Source: Pseudomonadales bacterium
Lineage (GTDB): Bacteria > Pseudomonadota > Gammaproteobacteria > Pseudomonadales > Azotimanducaceae
NCBI GenBank assembly: GCA_040219135.1
Contig: JAVJTA010000021.1
Location: 75,628-139,627 of the forward strand
DNA: 64,000 bases
Direction of reading: 5' to 3'
Shown: piece after piece, positions 1-8,712 of the stretch
Layout of the letters: each line of letters starts with the position of its first letter
Position numbering within the stretch: position 1 is the stretch's first letter
The notes under the pieces: model-generated
Database searches by the model: none
Told to the model about the DNA's origin: nothing
The model's input: the letters and a program-made list of their open reading frames with translations, nothing else
Translations under genes and position numbers: made by a program

Positions 1-471
1 CATGTTCGCGCCCGGGCCCATCATCACCCGCGGATCGAAGGTCGCGTTCGGATCCGAACCGCTGGCAGCCAGCAATCCGCGCGGCAGGCCGGCCTCTTCC
101 AGGCCGTCTTCGATGCCCTGCGCCGTCGCGGCCGTCGTCATATCGATGCCTGAGGCGAACGCGTCGAGTTCCTCCGCCGACATCCGGCGCGGCGTGCTGC
201 AACTGCCCTCGGGAAGATCGCTCGGCGCCACCGGCATGAACAGGGTCTGAGTCTCGCCGCTGTCGTCGGTGACCTCGAAGCGCTGAAAGTAGGTTCGGGT
301 GCTGTGCCCCATGACCGACTGGTCCACCACGTAAACGTTCACACCCTGCCAGCGCTCGAGCTGTTTCTCCTGGGCGCTCTCGAGGATGGAGCGGGCGTCT
401 TGCGCGTGCGCTGCCAGTGACAGCGCGAGGGCGACAAAGAACAGCGGGTAACGCAGAAATCCAGCGTGCAT
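1..471 (-). CDS. Secreted hypothetical protein, N-terminal 157 codons (gene continues past window start)
   Basis: Absent from the ORF track because no stop lies in the window. ATG is the complement of 469-471, with AAGGAGG (complement of 480-486) 8 nt upstream. N-terminus MHAGFLRYPLFFVALALSLAAHAQ is a Sec signal peptide. The frame stays open to position 1. Confidence 0.6.
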   Translation of the reverse strand, partial: MHAGFLRYPLFFVALALSLAAHAQDARSILESAQEKQLERWQGVNVYVVDQSVMGHSTRTYFQRFEVTDDSGETQTLFMPVAPSDLPEGSCSTPRRMSAEELDAFASGIDMTTAATAQGIEDGLEEAGLPRGLLAASGSDPNATFDPRVMMGPGANM

Positions 472-549
472 GGTCTCAACCTCCTTGGCGGCGATTCAGC
501 AACGGCGTCAGGCGAGGAATCGACCGTCGCAGACCTTCCCCCGTGTCGA

Positions 550-577
550 ACAGACCCCGATTGACAGACCCCGAATG
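550..577. repeat. Tandem 14-nt direct repeat ACAGACCCCGATTG / ACAGACCCCGAATG in a divergent promoter region
   Basis: Two adjacent copies (550-563 and 564-577) with one mismatch. They lie between the divergent starts at 471 and 657. Confidence 0.6.
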
Positions 578-656
578 TAAGGGAGATGGCAGGCGATTGC
601 CACGTTGCCTCAGGCCAGAGCAACCGACCACGCCGTCGGCAAGGTAGCATTCGTCA

Positions 657-1847
657 ATGCCCCGGACGGTCTCGCTCATGTCAGCTCCAGGTTCCATGGC
701 CCCGCTGTACGCGCTGAGCGCGCTGCTGATGGTCGCCTACGCGGCGATCTTCACCCTGCTCGCCCAGCTGCGCGCGGCGTTCGGCTTTTCCGAGGCCGCC
801 ATCGGCGTGATCGTCGCCTCGGCCTTCATTGCCGGCTTCGTCGCCCAGCTGTGGCTCTCGCGATTCGCCGACTCCGGGCACGGCAACCGGCTGATGCGCA
901 TGGGCCTCGCGCTGACGTTCATCGGCCTGGTGTGGATGTGCTTTGCGGAGTCGCTATGGGCCTGGATCGCGGCGCGCACCCTGCTCGGATTCGGTGCAGG
1001 CTGCGTGCGTCCCGGCATCCGCCGCCTGGCCTTCGTCTACGACCCGAAGCGCGCCGGGGAGACCCTCGGCCGGCTGGCGGCCTGGGAGATCGTCGGCTTT
1101 CTGATCGGGCCCATCGTCGCCTCGGTGCTGTTCGAGCAGGCGGGCCTGCGGGCGCCGTTCGCCTTCGTCGCACTGCTCGCGGTGCCCCTCGCGCCGTTCG
1201 TCTGGCGAGTGGCCGTTCCGGCGACGGCGCGGCCGCTGGACCGAGCCATGCGCACGCTGCTGCGCCGCCCCGCGATGCAGAGCTGCCTCGCCATGGGCGT
1301 AGCCTTCTATCTCGCCATCGGGGTGTTCGATGCCATCTGGGCGCTGTTCATCGCCGATCTCGGTGCCAGCCAGCTGTTCATCGGTGCGACCATGAGCCTG
1401 TTCACCCTGCCGATGCTGGTCATCGCCCCCTGGGCCGGTGGGCTGGCGGCGCGCCGCCACGTTCTGAACATGATCACGCTGACCATGACCGGTGCCATGC
1501 TGGCCATGCTCAGCTACGGATTCATCGACTCGATCTGGTGGATCTGCCTGCCGGTGGCGATCCACGCCACAATGGATGCGGTCACCATGCCGGCGCTGCA
1601 GCTCGCGGTCGGGTATGCGAGCGGCGAAGAGGCCTTCGCCGCCGGACAGGGCCTGTTCGGCGCCACCGGACTGGTGGTGGCCGCCGCGGCGAGTCTGACC
1701 AGCGGCGGCGTCTACCAGAGCTTCGGCGCCGGCGGGCTGTGGCTGAGCGCCGCGGTCGCGATGGCGCTGTGCATTGCCATAGCCCGCTGGCGCGGGCGCG
1801 GCGTGCGCTGGCGCGACGATGCGCTGGAAGATCGCATCACGACCTGA
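657..1847 (+). CDS. MFS transporter
   Basis: 396-aa ORF, hydrophobic throughout with about 12 predicted TM segments. MFS-like loop motif (LWLSRFADSGHGNRLM). The start could also be 678 or 696. Confidence 0.85.
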   Translation: MPRTVSLMSAPGSMAPLYALSALLMVAYAAIFTLLAQLRAAFGFSEAAIGVIVASAFIAGFVAQLWLSRFADSGHGNRLMRMGLALTFIGLVWMCFAESLWAWIAARTLLGFGAGCVRPGIRRLAFVYDPKRAGETLGRLAAWEIVGFLIGPIVASVLFEQAGLRAPFAFVALLAVPLAPFVWRVAVPATARPLDRAMRTLLRRPAMQSCLAMGVAFYLAIGVFDAIWALFIADLGASQLFIGATMSLFTLPMLVIAPWAGGLAARRHVLNMITLTMTGAMLAMLSYGFIDSIWWICLPVAIHATMDAVTMPALQLAVGYASGEEAFAAGQGLFGATGLVVAAAASLTSGGVYQSFGAGGLWLSAAVAMALCIAIARWRGRGVRWRDDALEDRITT

Positions 1848-1984
1848 CCCGTCGATTCGCAATTCCCGCGCAACCCGGAATCCTCGAACGATCGCTGCCG
1901 GGAAACCGACTTGTTCGCGGCCAGCACGCTGCGGACACTACGCGCCGGAAAGACGCGACCGTACTGCGACCGGAGGACCAGACC

Positions 1985-2170
1985 ATGAACCCAGATTACG
2001 ACCTCGACCGAGAGGCTTCCGCCCGGGAAGGCGCTCCAGAAACCTGGCGCCAGCGCGCCGCACGCAGCATCGAGGATCCGTTCGAGTCCATGCTGGCGGG
2101 TCTGATCGCACCCACCGCGGCCGTCGGATTTGCCGCCGCCGCCATGCTCGGGCTCGCGGTCATCCACTGA
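1985..2170 (+). CDS. Small hypothetical protein with C-terminal TM segment
   Basis: ATG at 1985 preceded by GGAGGA (1972-1977). 61 aa ending in the hydrophobic stretch LIAPTAAVGFAAAAMLGLAVI. It is the tail of shadow ORF 605..2170. Confidence 0.4.
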   Translation: MNPDYDLDREASAREGAPETWRQRAARSIEDPFESMLAGLIAPTAAVGFAAAAMLGLAVIH

Positions 2171-2180
2171 GCGCTGCAAC

Positions 2181-2204
2181 GCGCCCTTCACCGGCAAAGG
2201 GCGC
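2181..2204. terminator. GC hairpin between convergent genes (possible terminator, no U-tract)
   Basis: GCGCCCTT (2181-2188) pairs with AAGGGCGC (2197-2204) around an 8-nt loop. It sits 11 nt after the stop at 2170. Confidence 0.3.
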
Positions 2205-2288
2205 CCGGGCCCAGTGGGTGACCTCAGTGACCGCCGCGGCGCCCTCGATCGTATCCGGCGCCCAGTGTAGTCCCGAAAACCACCGCCT

Positions 2289-3371
2289 TTATGGGCGCAC
2301 CTCGTAATAGAGGTTTCCGGGATCCTTGAAGTCGTGCAGCGTGAACCGGCTGAACCCGGCCTGGCGGCTCATCCGCTCCGCCACCTGGGGGTTGAAACCG
2401 AGGGTTCCGAGGCCCGCACCGCCGGGTTCGGACATCGCCGAGGACATGCACGCCAGGAGCGAATACCCGTACATCATCGCCAGCATCGGGTTGCGCAGAT
2501 TGTCCTCGAAGCGCGGCTTGCTGCGAATGTCCTTGACGAACCAGGTGCCGTCGTCGCGCAGGGCTGCGCGAATCGCCTCGATGACGCGCTGGGGATCGGT
2601 CATGTCGTGGATGCAGTCGAAGGTCAGCACCAGATCGTAGCCGCCGTTGCCGGGCAGATCCTCACCCCGCGCCTGAATCACCTCGACCTGATCCAGCCCC
2701 ATCCCGGCGGCGATCTCGCGTACCCGCGCCACCGCGTGGACATTCGGGTCGTAGGCATGAAAGCGGCTGTTCGGATACGCCTCCGCCAGCGCCAGGATCA
2801 CGGCGCCATCGCCGCAGCCGACGTCGGCCACCAGGCAGCCACGTCCCAGCTTCTCCGCCACGCCGTCCAGCGCCGGAATCATCACCGGCACGACCTGGCC
2901 GCGGGCCGCTCGCCAGTGCCGGGCCTCACCGCGCTGTGCCCCTTCCGGACCGGCGGACTCATAGGTGTTGCCGATGCCGGTGCGAAACGATTCGAGGAGC
3001 CCGTCGATGGTCGCCGCCGACTCGCCGCCGTTGAAGTTGTCGAGCATGAATGCGCGGCTGCTTTCGTCGCCCAGCAGCTCTGATCCGATGGCGGGCAGCT
3101 CGAAGTGCTCTTCGTCGACATAGACGAGGACCTTCGCGGCGGTCATCAGCCTCAACCATTCCAGCAGCCAGCGCGGGTGCAGTCCGGTTCGCTCCGCGAG
3201 CGCGGCCGCCGTGATCGGGCCGGCGCCCGCCAGCCGTTCGAAGAGGCCGAGACGACGGCCGACGTGGAGCATGAGCGCAACGGTTTCGCCCTGCTTGTAC
3301 TGCCATAGCCGCGCCGCGTAGGCCTTGTCCTGCTGGGCCGCCGCCGCCTCGCTGCTGTCATGCACGGTCAT
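2289..3371 (-). CDS. Class I SAM-dependent methyltransferase with N-terminal winged-helix domain
   Basis: Internal ATG (complement of 3369-3371) gives 360 aa. Motif I is VADVGCGDG. N-terminal HTH-like segment is ITAAALAERTGLHPRWLLEWL. The upstream part of track ORF 2289..3713 is Gly/Arg-rich shadow sequence. Confidence 0.85.
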   Translation of the reverse strand: MTVHDSSEAAAAQQDKAYAARLWQYKQGETVALMLHVGRRLGLFERLAGAGPITAAALAERTGLHPRWLLEWLRLMTAAKVLVYVDEEHFELPAIGSELLGDESSRAFMLDNFNGGESAATIDGLLESFRTGIGNTYESAGPEGAQRGEARHWRAARGQVVPVMIPALDGVAEKLGRGCLVADVGCGDGAVILALAEAYPNSRFHAYDPNVHAVARVREIAAGMGLDQVEVIQARGEDLPGNGGYDLVLTFDCIHDMTDPQRVIEAIRAALRDDGTWFVKDIRSKPRFEDNLRNPMLAMMYGYSLLACMSSAMSEPGGAGLGTLGFNPQVAERMSRQAGFSRFTLHDFKDPGNLYYEVRP

Positions 3372-4150
3372 CCGCGGCGCGACCGCGCGTTGAACCGATC
3401 CCGCGCCGCGCGCGCGTCCTGGCTGGCCGCGGTGAGCTGGCTCTGGTCCGCGTCCGCAAAGCTCGCGGTACGGTTCAGCGCCCCCGCCGTCGCGTTCACC
3501 GCCTCCTTGATCATCTGGGTGGCGATGGCCGGCATCTCCGCCGCGGCGTGCGCCAGCTCCCGCGCCCGCGCCGCCGCCTGGCCGTCGGGGGCCACCTCTT
3601 CGACCAGACCCCAGTCGAGGGCCGTGCGGGCATCCATGCGCTCGCAGAGAATGCAGATCCGCTTCGCCCGGGCCGGCCCGACCAGATTCACCAGCCGCGG
3701 CAGCGCGCCCCACTGGAGATTGAGTCCGATCTTCACCTCGGGCACGTACAGGTAGCAGCTTTCACCCATCACCCGCCAGTCGCAGGCGAGCGGCAGCGCC
3801 ACCCCCGCGCCCACGGCCAGGCGCTCCATCGCCGCCACCGTGATCTGCGGCATCGCTTCCCAGGCCTCGCAAAGGCGCACGCCGCGAAAGTAGCTCTGGC
3901 GTCGTTCCAGATCCGAGAGATCCGCGTTGCTGCGGGCCGCCAGATCCTCGATGTCGGCGCCGGCGGAAAAGTAGTCCCTGCTGCCGGTGAGCACCACGGC
4001 GCGGGTATCGATGTCGTCGTGAAACGATCGTGCGACCTCGGTTAGCTCGGCGATGAGCTGACCATCGAAGGCATTCAGATTCCTCTGTCGATCGAAGGTC
4101 ACGGTGGCGACCGGTCCGTCGCGTTCGATGGATACGTAGCTGCTGGGCAT
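3368..4150 (-). CDS. Enoyl-CoA hydratase/isomerase (crotonase) family protein
   Basis: 260 aa starting MPSSYVSIERDGPVATVTFDRQRNLNAF. Crotonase signatures are present (FSAGADI, AAMERLAVGAGVALPLACD). The TGA overlaps the downstream ATG (ATGA at 3368-3371). Confidence 0.9.
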   Translation of the reverse strand: MPSSYVSIERDGPVATVTFDRQRNLNAFDGQLIAELTEVARSFHDDIDTRAVVLTGSRDYFSAGADIEDLAARSNADLSDLERRQSYFRGVRLCEAWEAMPQITVAAMERLAVGAGVALPLACDWRVMGESCYLYVPEVKIGLNLQWGALPRLVNLVGPARAKRICILCERMDARTALDWGLVEEVAPDGQAAARARELAHAAAEMPAIATQMIKEAVNATAGALNRTASFADADQSQLTAASQDARAARDRFNARSRRG

Positions 4151-4233
4151 GGGCCTGGTGCTCCCGACGTTGGTGTCAGCGAACCAGCTTAGCGCGCTCC
4201 CGAGCGGACCGACAGCAACGCGACGGCGCGCGC

Positions 4234-5106
4234 TCAGTCGGAGAGCATGGCCGGCGGCTCGTCGCGGTGGAAGCCCTCGAACCGTCTGACATTGCGCGCC
4301 GGGCCCGGTCTGAACACGAAGCTGCCGGCGCCGTTGTGAATGCCGCCATCGACGCGGAAATCGGCGCCGGTGACGTAGGCGGCCAGGTCCGAGAGCAGGA
4401 ACACCACCATCGCCGAGATCTCGGCCGCGGTGCCGTGGCGCCCGAGGGGAACCCGCTTGTCGATGCCGCGAAGGGCTTCCCAGTCCGCCTCCGGGTAGCG
4501 GTCGAGCCCGGTGGTGGCGATGAATCCCGGAATCACGCAGTTGACCCGCACGCCGTCCCGACCCCACTCCGTGGCCGCCGTGGCGGTGAAGTTGGACAGA
4601 CCGGCGCGCGCCGCGCCGTTGTGACCCATGCCTGCCATGCCGCCTTCGTGGTCGGCGCCGATGTTGACGATGCTGCCGCCGCGTTCGGCCATACACTGGT
4701 TGTACAGTTCCCGGGCGACGAGAAAATAGCTGGTGAGGTTGTTGTGCAGCACGGCATTCCAGGCGTTGAGGGTCAGGTCCTTCAGCGCCGCCGGAAACTG
4801 CCCGCCGGCCGCATTCACCAGTCCGTGGACCGGGCCGTAGGCATCGAGCACCGTGGCGACCAGGGCTCTCACCTGGGCTTCGTCGCGCAGCTCGGCGGCG
4901 TAGCAGCCGAGCACTTCGCCGCCGTCCTCGGCGATCTCGCGTCGCGTGCGCTCGAGCTTTTCCAGGGTGCGCCCGGCCAGCACCAGGCGGCCGCCGAGCG
5001 CAGCGATCTCGTGGGCTATGCAGCGCCCGAGCCCGCCGCCGCCGCCCGGGACGAAGACCGTCCAGCCGTCGAACAACCCGCCGCGGAATCCCGATTGATA
5101 AGGCAC
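4234..5106 (-). CDS. SDR family oxidoreductase (PECR/2,4-dienoyl-CoA reductase-like)
   Basis: Gly-rich Rossmann motif VPGGGGGLG, then NAAG, then GAARAGLSNFT. GTG at 5106 is preceded by GGGAGGA. An alternative ATG at 5154 would leave only 7 nt to the divergent gene. Confidence 0.85.
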   Translation of the reverse strand: MPYQSGFRGGLFDGWTVFVPGGGGGLGRCIAHEIAALGGRLVLAGRTLEKLERTRREIAEDGGEVLGCYAAELRDEAQVRALVATVLDAYGPVHGLVNAAGGQFPAALKDLTLNAWNAVLHNNLTSYFLVARELYNQCMAERGGSIVNIGADHEGGMAGMGHNGAARAGLSNFTATAATEWGRDGVRVNCVIPGFIATTGLDRYPEADWEALRGIDKRVPLGRHGTAAEISAMVVFLLSDLAAYVTGADFRVDGGIHNGAGSFVFRPGPARNVRRFEGFHRDEPPAMLSD

Positions 5107-5161
5107 GCTTCGTCCTCCCGTAAGCCGCTGCACGGCAACGTCGCGTGCTAGCATAGCCGAC

Positions 5162-6187
5162 ATGCCGAGCGACGATGCATCCAGCGCGAAGAAGCCGGAC
5201 ACGATCCGTCTGCAGCGGATCAGCAAGGCGTTCTGGGAGTCGGCCGCGCTCATGAGCGCGGTGGAGCTCGACCTCTTCAGCGCCATTTCCGAAGGCCACG
5301 ACACGATCGACTCGGTGGCGCACACCCTCGACATCGAACCGCTCAACGCCGAACGTCTGCTGGTCGCGCTCACGGCCATGGAACTGGTGTTGCGCAATGG
5401 CGACCGCTTCCGCAACGCCCCGGACGTGGAACGGTTTCTGGTCAGGGCCAAGCCGACCTATGCGGGCCCGTGGATGCTGTTCGGCAAGCCGCGCTGGGAG
5501 GCCTGGGGTCACCTGACCGAACACCTCAAAGTGCGCGAGGCCGATCAGCGCCGCCTCGGCATGTACGACGACACCTTCACCGTGGAGCGCGCACGCGAGT
5601 ACCACGAGGCCACATATTCCATCGGCATGGGCGCGGCGCGGCGCTTCCACCGCCAGGTGGATCTCGCCGGACGCCACAAGATCATCGATCTGGGCGGCGG
5701 TTCAGGCTGTTACTGCATCGTCGCGGCGCAGAGCTACGACGACATCCGCGGCGAAGTGCTGGATCTGCCCTCGGTGGTGGTCGTAACCCGGGAGTTCATC
5801 GCACAGAACGGCGTCGAGGCGCGCGTGACCGCCAGCGCCTGCGATTTCACCCGCGACGCGCTGCCGACCGACGCCGACGTCGCGATCATGGCCTCGAACC
5901 TGCCGCAGTACAGCCGCGCCATCATCGCCGACGTAGTGCAGCGGGTGTTCGACGCGCTGCTGCCGGGCGGCGAGTTCCACCTGATCGGCGAAGCCATCAA
6001 CGCCAACGCCACCGGGCCGCTGGCGCCGGCCCTGTGGGGCCTGTCAGAGGCGGTCAGCCACTCGACCGGCCTCGCGCACTCCGAGACCGACTGCCTCGGC
6101 TACCTGAAGTCCGCCGGCTTCACGGACGTGGCGGTCAACGAGTTCATACCCGGAAGTCTCACCCGTTTCAGCGGAATCAAGCCATGA
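5162..6187 (+). CDS. O-methyltransferase family protein (COMT-like, with dimerisation/wHTH N-domain)
   Basis: 341 aa. SAM motif IIDLGGGSG. N-terminal domain resembles family-2 O-methyltransferases (SAALMSAVELDLFSAI). Confidence 0.85.
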   Translation: MPSDDASSAKKPDTIRLQRISKAFWESAALMSAVELDLFSAISEGHDTIDSVAHTLDIEPLNAERLLVALTAMELVLRNGDRFRNAPDVERFLVRAKPTYAGPWMLFGKPRWEAWGHLTEHLKVREADQRRLGMYDDTFTVERAREYHEATYSIGMGAARRFHRQVDLAGRHKIIDLGGGSGCYCIVAAQSYDDIRGEVLDLPSVVVVTREFIAQNGVEARVTASACDFTRDALPTDADVAIMASNLPQYSRAIIADVVQRVFDALLPGGEFHLIGEAINANATGPLAPALWGLSEAVSHSTGLAHSETDCLGYLKSAGFTDVAVNEFIPGSLTRFSGIKP

Positions 6188-6978
6188 ACCCACCCATCCG
6201 CTACGTCGATGCGCTCAACGAGTACTACCGGTCCCAGGGCAACCCGGCGTACCGGTGGACCATCAACGACACAGCGCCCCTGCATCGCCCGGACAAACCG
6301 CTGAGCGAATGCACGGTGAGCCTGCTCACCTCGGGCGGCGTATCGCGCCGCTGCGAACTGCCCTTCAACCCCGAGGCGCGCAACGATCACCGCCTCGACG
6401 CCGTGGACAGCCAGGCGTCCGCGGACGATTTCCAGATCCACGACAACTACTACGACCACAGCGACGCGGAACACGACATCAACTGCGTGTTTCCCCTCGA
6501 GCGCCTGCGCGAGCTGGCCGCAAGCGGTGAGGTCGGCTCGGTGGCTCCGCGTTTGTGGAGCGGGTTCATGGGTCGGATCTACAACCGCAGCCGCGTGCTT
6601 GAGGAGTCGGGACCTGCGTTTGCCCAGCGGCTCATGGACGACCGCGTCGACATTCTGGTCGCCGCTCCGAGCTGACCCCTCGATCACCAGACCGTGGGTC
6701 TGGTCTGCAGACTGCTCGAAGAGCGCGGCATCGCCACGACCTGCGTCGCCACCGGCCGCGACCTGGCGGCGCTGGTGAAGCCGCCACGCTGCCTGTTCGT
6801 CAATCACCCCATGGGCAACAACTTCGGCGCCCCCGGCGACCGCAAGATGCAGACGGACATTCTGCGCCGCGCGCTGGCGCTGATTTACTCGGTGGATCAA
6901 GGCGGCACGCTGGTGGACTACCCCAACACGTGGAGCAGGCCGTTTCAATTCATGCCAGGGGCGCGCCGCGCGGGCTGA
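6184..6978 (+). CDS. GrdB-family (glycine/sarcosine/betaine/D-proline reductase selenoprotein B-like) protein with in-frame TGA at 6673-6675 (candidate selenocysteine)
   Basis: ATG at 6184 overlaps the upstream stop (ATGA). The track ORF ending at 6675 and ORF 6694..6978 share one frame, separated only by the TGA. Both halves look GrdB-like (CVFPLERLRELAASGEVGSVAPRLWSGFMG, then QTVGLVCRLLEERGIATTCV and NHPMGNNFG). Confidence 0.65.
6687..6703 (+). other. SECIS-like hairpin 11 nt downstream of the in-frame UGA
   Basis: Perfect 7-bp stem CCAGACC (6687-6693) / GGTCTGG (6697-6703) with a GTG loop, 17 nt in total. The spacing from TGA 6673-6675 is 11 nt. Confidence 0.45.
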
Positions 6979-7022
6979 GCGCCACCGCGCGGATGGCACA
7001 TCTGAACCAGGGGAGAACGACC

Positions 7023-8330
7023 GTGCGAACCGAAAACAAGGTCATCAGAATGGTGTGGGCGGGGTTCGCCCTGCTGCTCCTGGCGTCCTGCACGGAGCCC
7101 GGCTCCGAGTCCGCAACCGCACCGCCGGCCGCGGCCCCCGTCACGGCCCCCGAGGCGAGCCCGCTCGACCGCGCCCGGGCGATCCACGCTGCGGCCCTCG
7201 TCCTCGACGCCCACGCGGACATCGAGTTTCCCGACAAGCCGTCGCGCTACGCCGGCCCCGACGGCGTTTCCCGGGTGGCGCCGGAGAAGATGCGCGCCGG
7301 TGGCGTCGACACGGTGGTGATGTCCGCAGCGGTGGGCCCGGGGCCGAGGACGGCGGAAGGCTACGCGGCCGCGCGACAGCTCGTGGACGACAAGATCGCC
7401 GCGGTGCAGGCCCTCGCCGCCGACCCCGCCAACGACGTGGTGATCGCCCGCAGCGCCGACGACCTTCTCACCGCCCACGATGCCGGCAAGCTGGCCTTCG
7501 TCCTCGGCTTCCAGAACGCGCGTGCGCTGGGAACCGACGTCAATGGGCTGGATCAACTCTACGACCAGGGCGTGCGCGTGTTCGCCCTCACCCACATGGG
7601 CCACAACGACTTCGCCGACTCCTCCCGGCCCGTGTTCATCTCCGAGACCGGCAGCCACGAGCCAACCGCAGAGCACGGCGGCCTGTCGGAACTCGGCGTG
7701 GCCGCCATCGAGCGCATCAACGATCTCGGCGGGATCGTCGACATTTCGCAGTTGTCGCGACAGGCGGCGCTGCAGGTGCTGGAGACATCGCGCGCGCCGG
7801 TGATCGCGAGTCACTCCAACGTGCAGGCGCTTTCCAACGTCAGCCGCAATCTGTCCGACGAGGAGATCGATCGGATTGCCGAGACCGGCGGGGTGATTCA
7901 CGTGGCGCCGTTCCGCGGCTACCTGTTCGACTCCTCGGACGCGGAACTCGACGCCGGAATCCGCGCCGCCCGGCGCGCCGCCGGCGTCGAGGAGGACTAC
8001 CTCTACCCGTTCGAGCTCTACTGGGAGATCGACGATCCGGAGGCGCAGTCCGCCTTCCTGACGTCCGTCAGCGACCTGCTCGGACCCGGCAGCATCAACG
8101 ACATGCTCGATCACCTCGACTACATCGTCGAGCGGGTAGGCGTCGATCACGTGGGCATCGGCACAGACTTCAATCACGGCAGTGGACTCCCCGGCTTCGA
8201 GGATGCGAGCGACGCATTGAACGTCACCGTGGGCCTGATCGAGCGCGGCTACAGCGCCGAGGACATCGAGAAAATCTGGGGCGGCAACTTCCTGCGGGCG
8301 TGGCGCGAGGCCGAAAGACGCTCCGGTTAG
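7023..8330 (+). CDS. Membrane dipeptidase (peptidase M19 family), lipoprotein
   Basis: M19 signatures are present (VLDAHADI, FALTHMGHNDFADS, ASHSN, GIGTDFNH). GTG at 7023 follows GGGGAGA. Signal peptide with lipobox LLLASC. An alternative ATG lies at 7050. Confidence 0.9.
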   Translation: MRTENKVIRMVWAGFALLLLASCTEPGSESATAPPAAAPVTAPEASPLDRARAIHAAALVLDAHADIEFPDKPSRYAGPDGVSRVAPEKMRAGGVDTVVMSAAVGPGPRTAEGYAAARQLVDDKIAAVQALAADPANDVVIARSADDLLTAHDAGKLAFVLGFQNARALGTDVNGLDQLYDQGVRVFALTHMGHNDFADSSRPVFISETGSHEPTAEHGGLSELGVAAIERINDLGGIVDISQLSRQAALQVLETSRAPVIASHSNVQALSNVSRNLSDEEIDRIAETGGVIHVAPFRGYLFDSSDAELDAGIRAARRAAGVEEDYLYPFELYWEIDDPEAQSAFLTSVSDLLGPGSINDMLDHLDYIVERVGVDHVGIGTDFNHGSGLPGFEDASDALNVTVGLIERGYSAEDIEKIWGGNFLRAWREAERRSG

Positions 8331-8712
8331 GACCATCTGCCCGCTCAGCGGTCCACAAATGATCGTTGCGGGCCACAAGTGTGTCCTATCGTACAGACCA
8401 CAATGGAGCGGTCGGGCCATGCTCGAGTCCTCGGCACCGGTTAGCGCCAGCAACAGCGCCCACCTGGTCCCCACAGACGCGAGAACAACGTGAATGAGAT
8501 CAGTCGAATTCCGGGATCGAAGCCAGCGCGGCGCGCAGCGCCGGGACGCGAGCGGCTGATCATGCCGGCCTCGTTGGCCCGCAAGAACGAGTGCGCGGTC
8601 CCGGCTGCAGGATTGCTGTCCCTAGCGCGGAGTTTCGACCAACGGGCGCTCGATCGTGCCGAGAACGAGGGAATGAGATGCGCTCGGTACCTATCCTGAT
8701 GCATCGCCTCTG

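Noticed and set aside
605-2170. 521-aa plus-strand ORF, with similar long ORFs at 954..1862 and 1712..2197
   Set aside because: Arg/Pro/Gly/Ala-rich low-complexity translation that overlaps the clearly hydrophobic MFS frame. This is typical GC-driven shadow ORF behaviour. Only the last 61 codons (1985-2170) have an SD and a plausible sequence.
3368-5677. 769-aa minus-strand ORF, plus the 405-aa ORF 4234..5451
   Set aside because: Only the C-terminal parts are protein-like (crotonase from 4150, SDR from 5106). The upstream extensions are Arg/Gly-rich and run antisense through the O-methyltransferase gene.
6945-8474. 509-aa minus ORF and 435-aa plus ORF (7055..8362) over the dipeptidase gene
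   Set aside because: These are alternative-frame or antisense shadows. The 7023..8330 frame carries all the M19 motifs and a lipoprotein signal.
8331-8712. 382-nt gap before hflK, examined for a tRNA, an sRNA or a small ORF (track ORFs 8441..8704 and 8490..8699)
   Set aside because: No T-arm/GTTCRANNC-type motif and no convincing terminator or SD were found. Both small ORFs have unconvincing Arg/Ser-rich composition.
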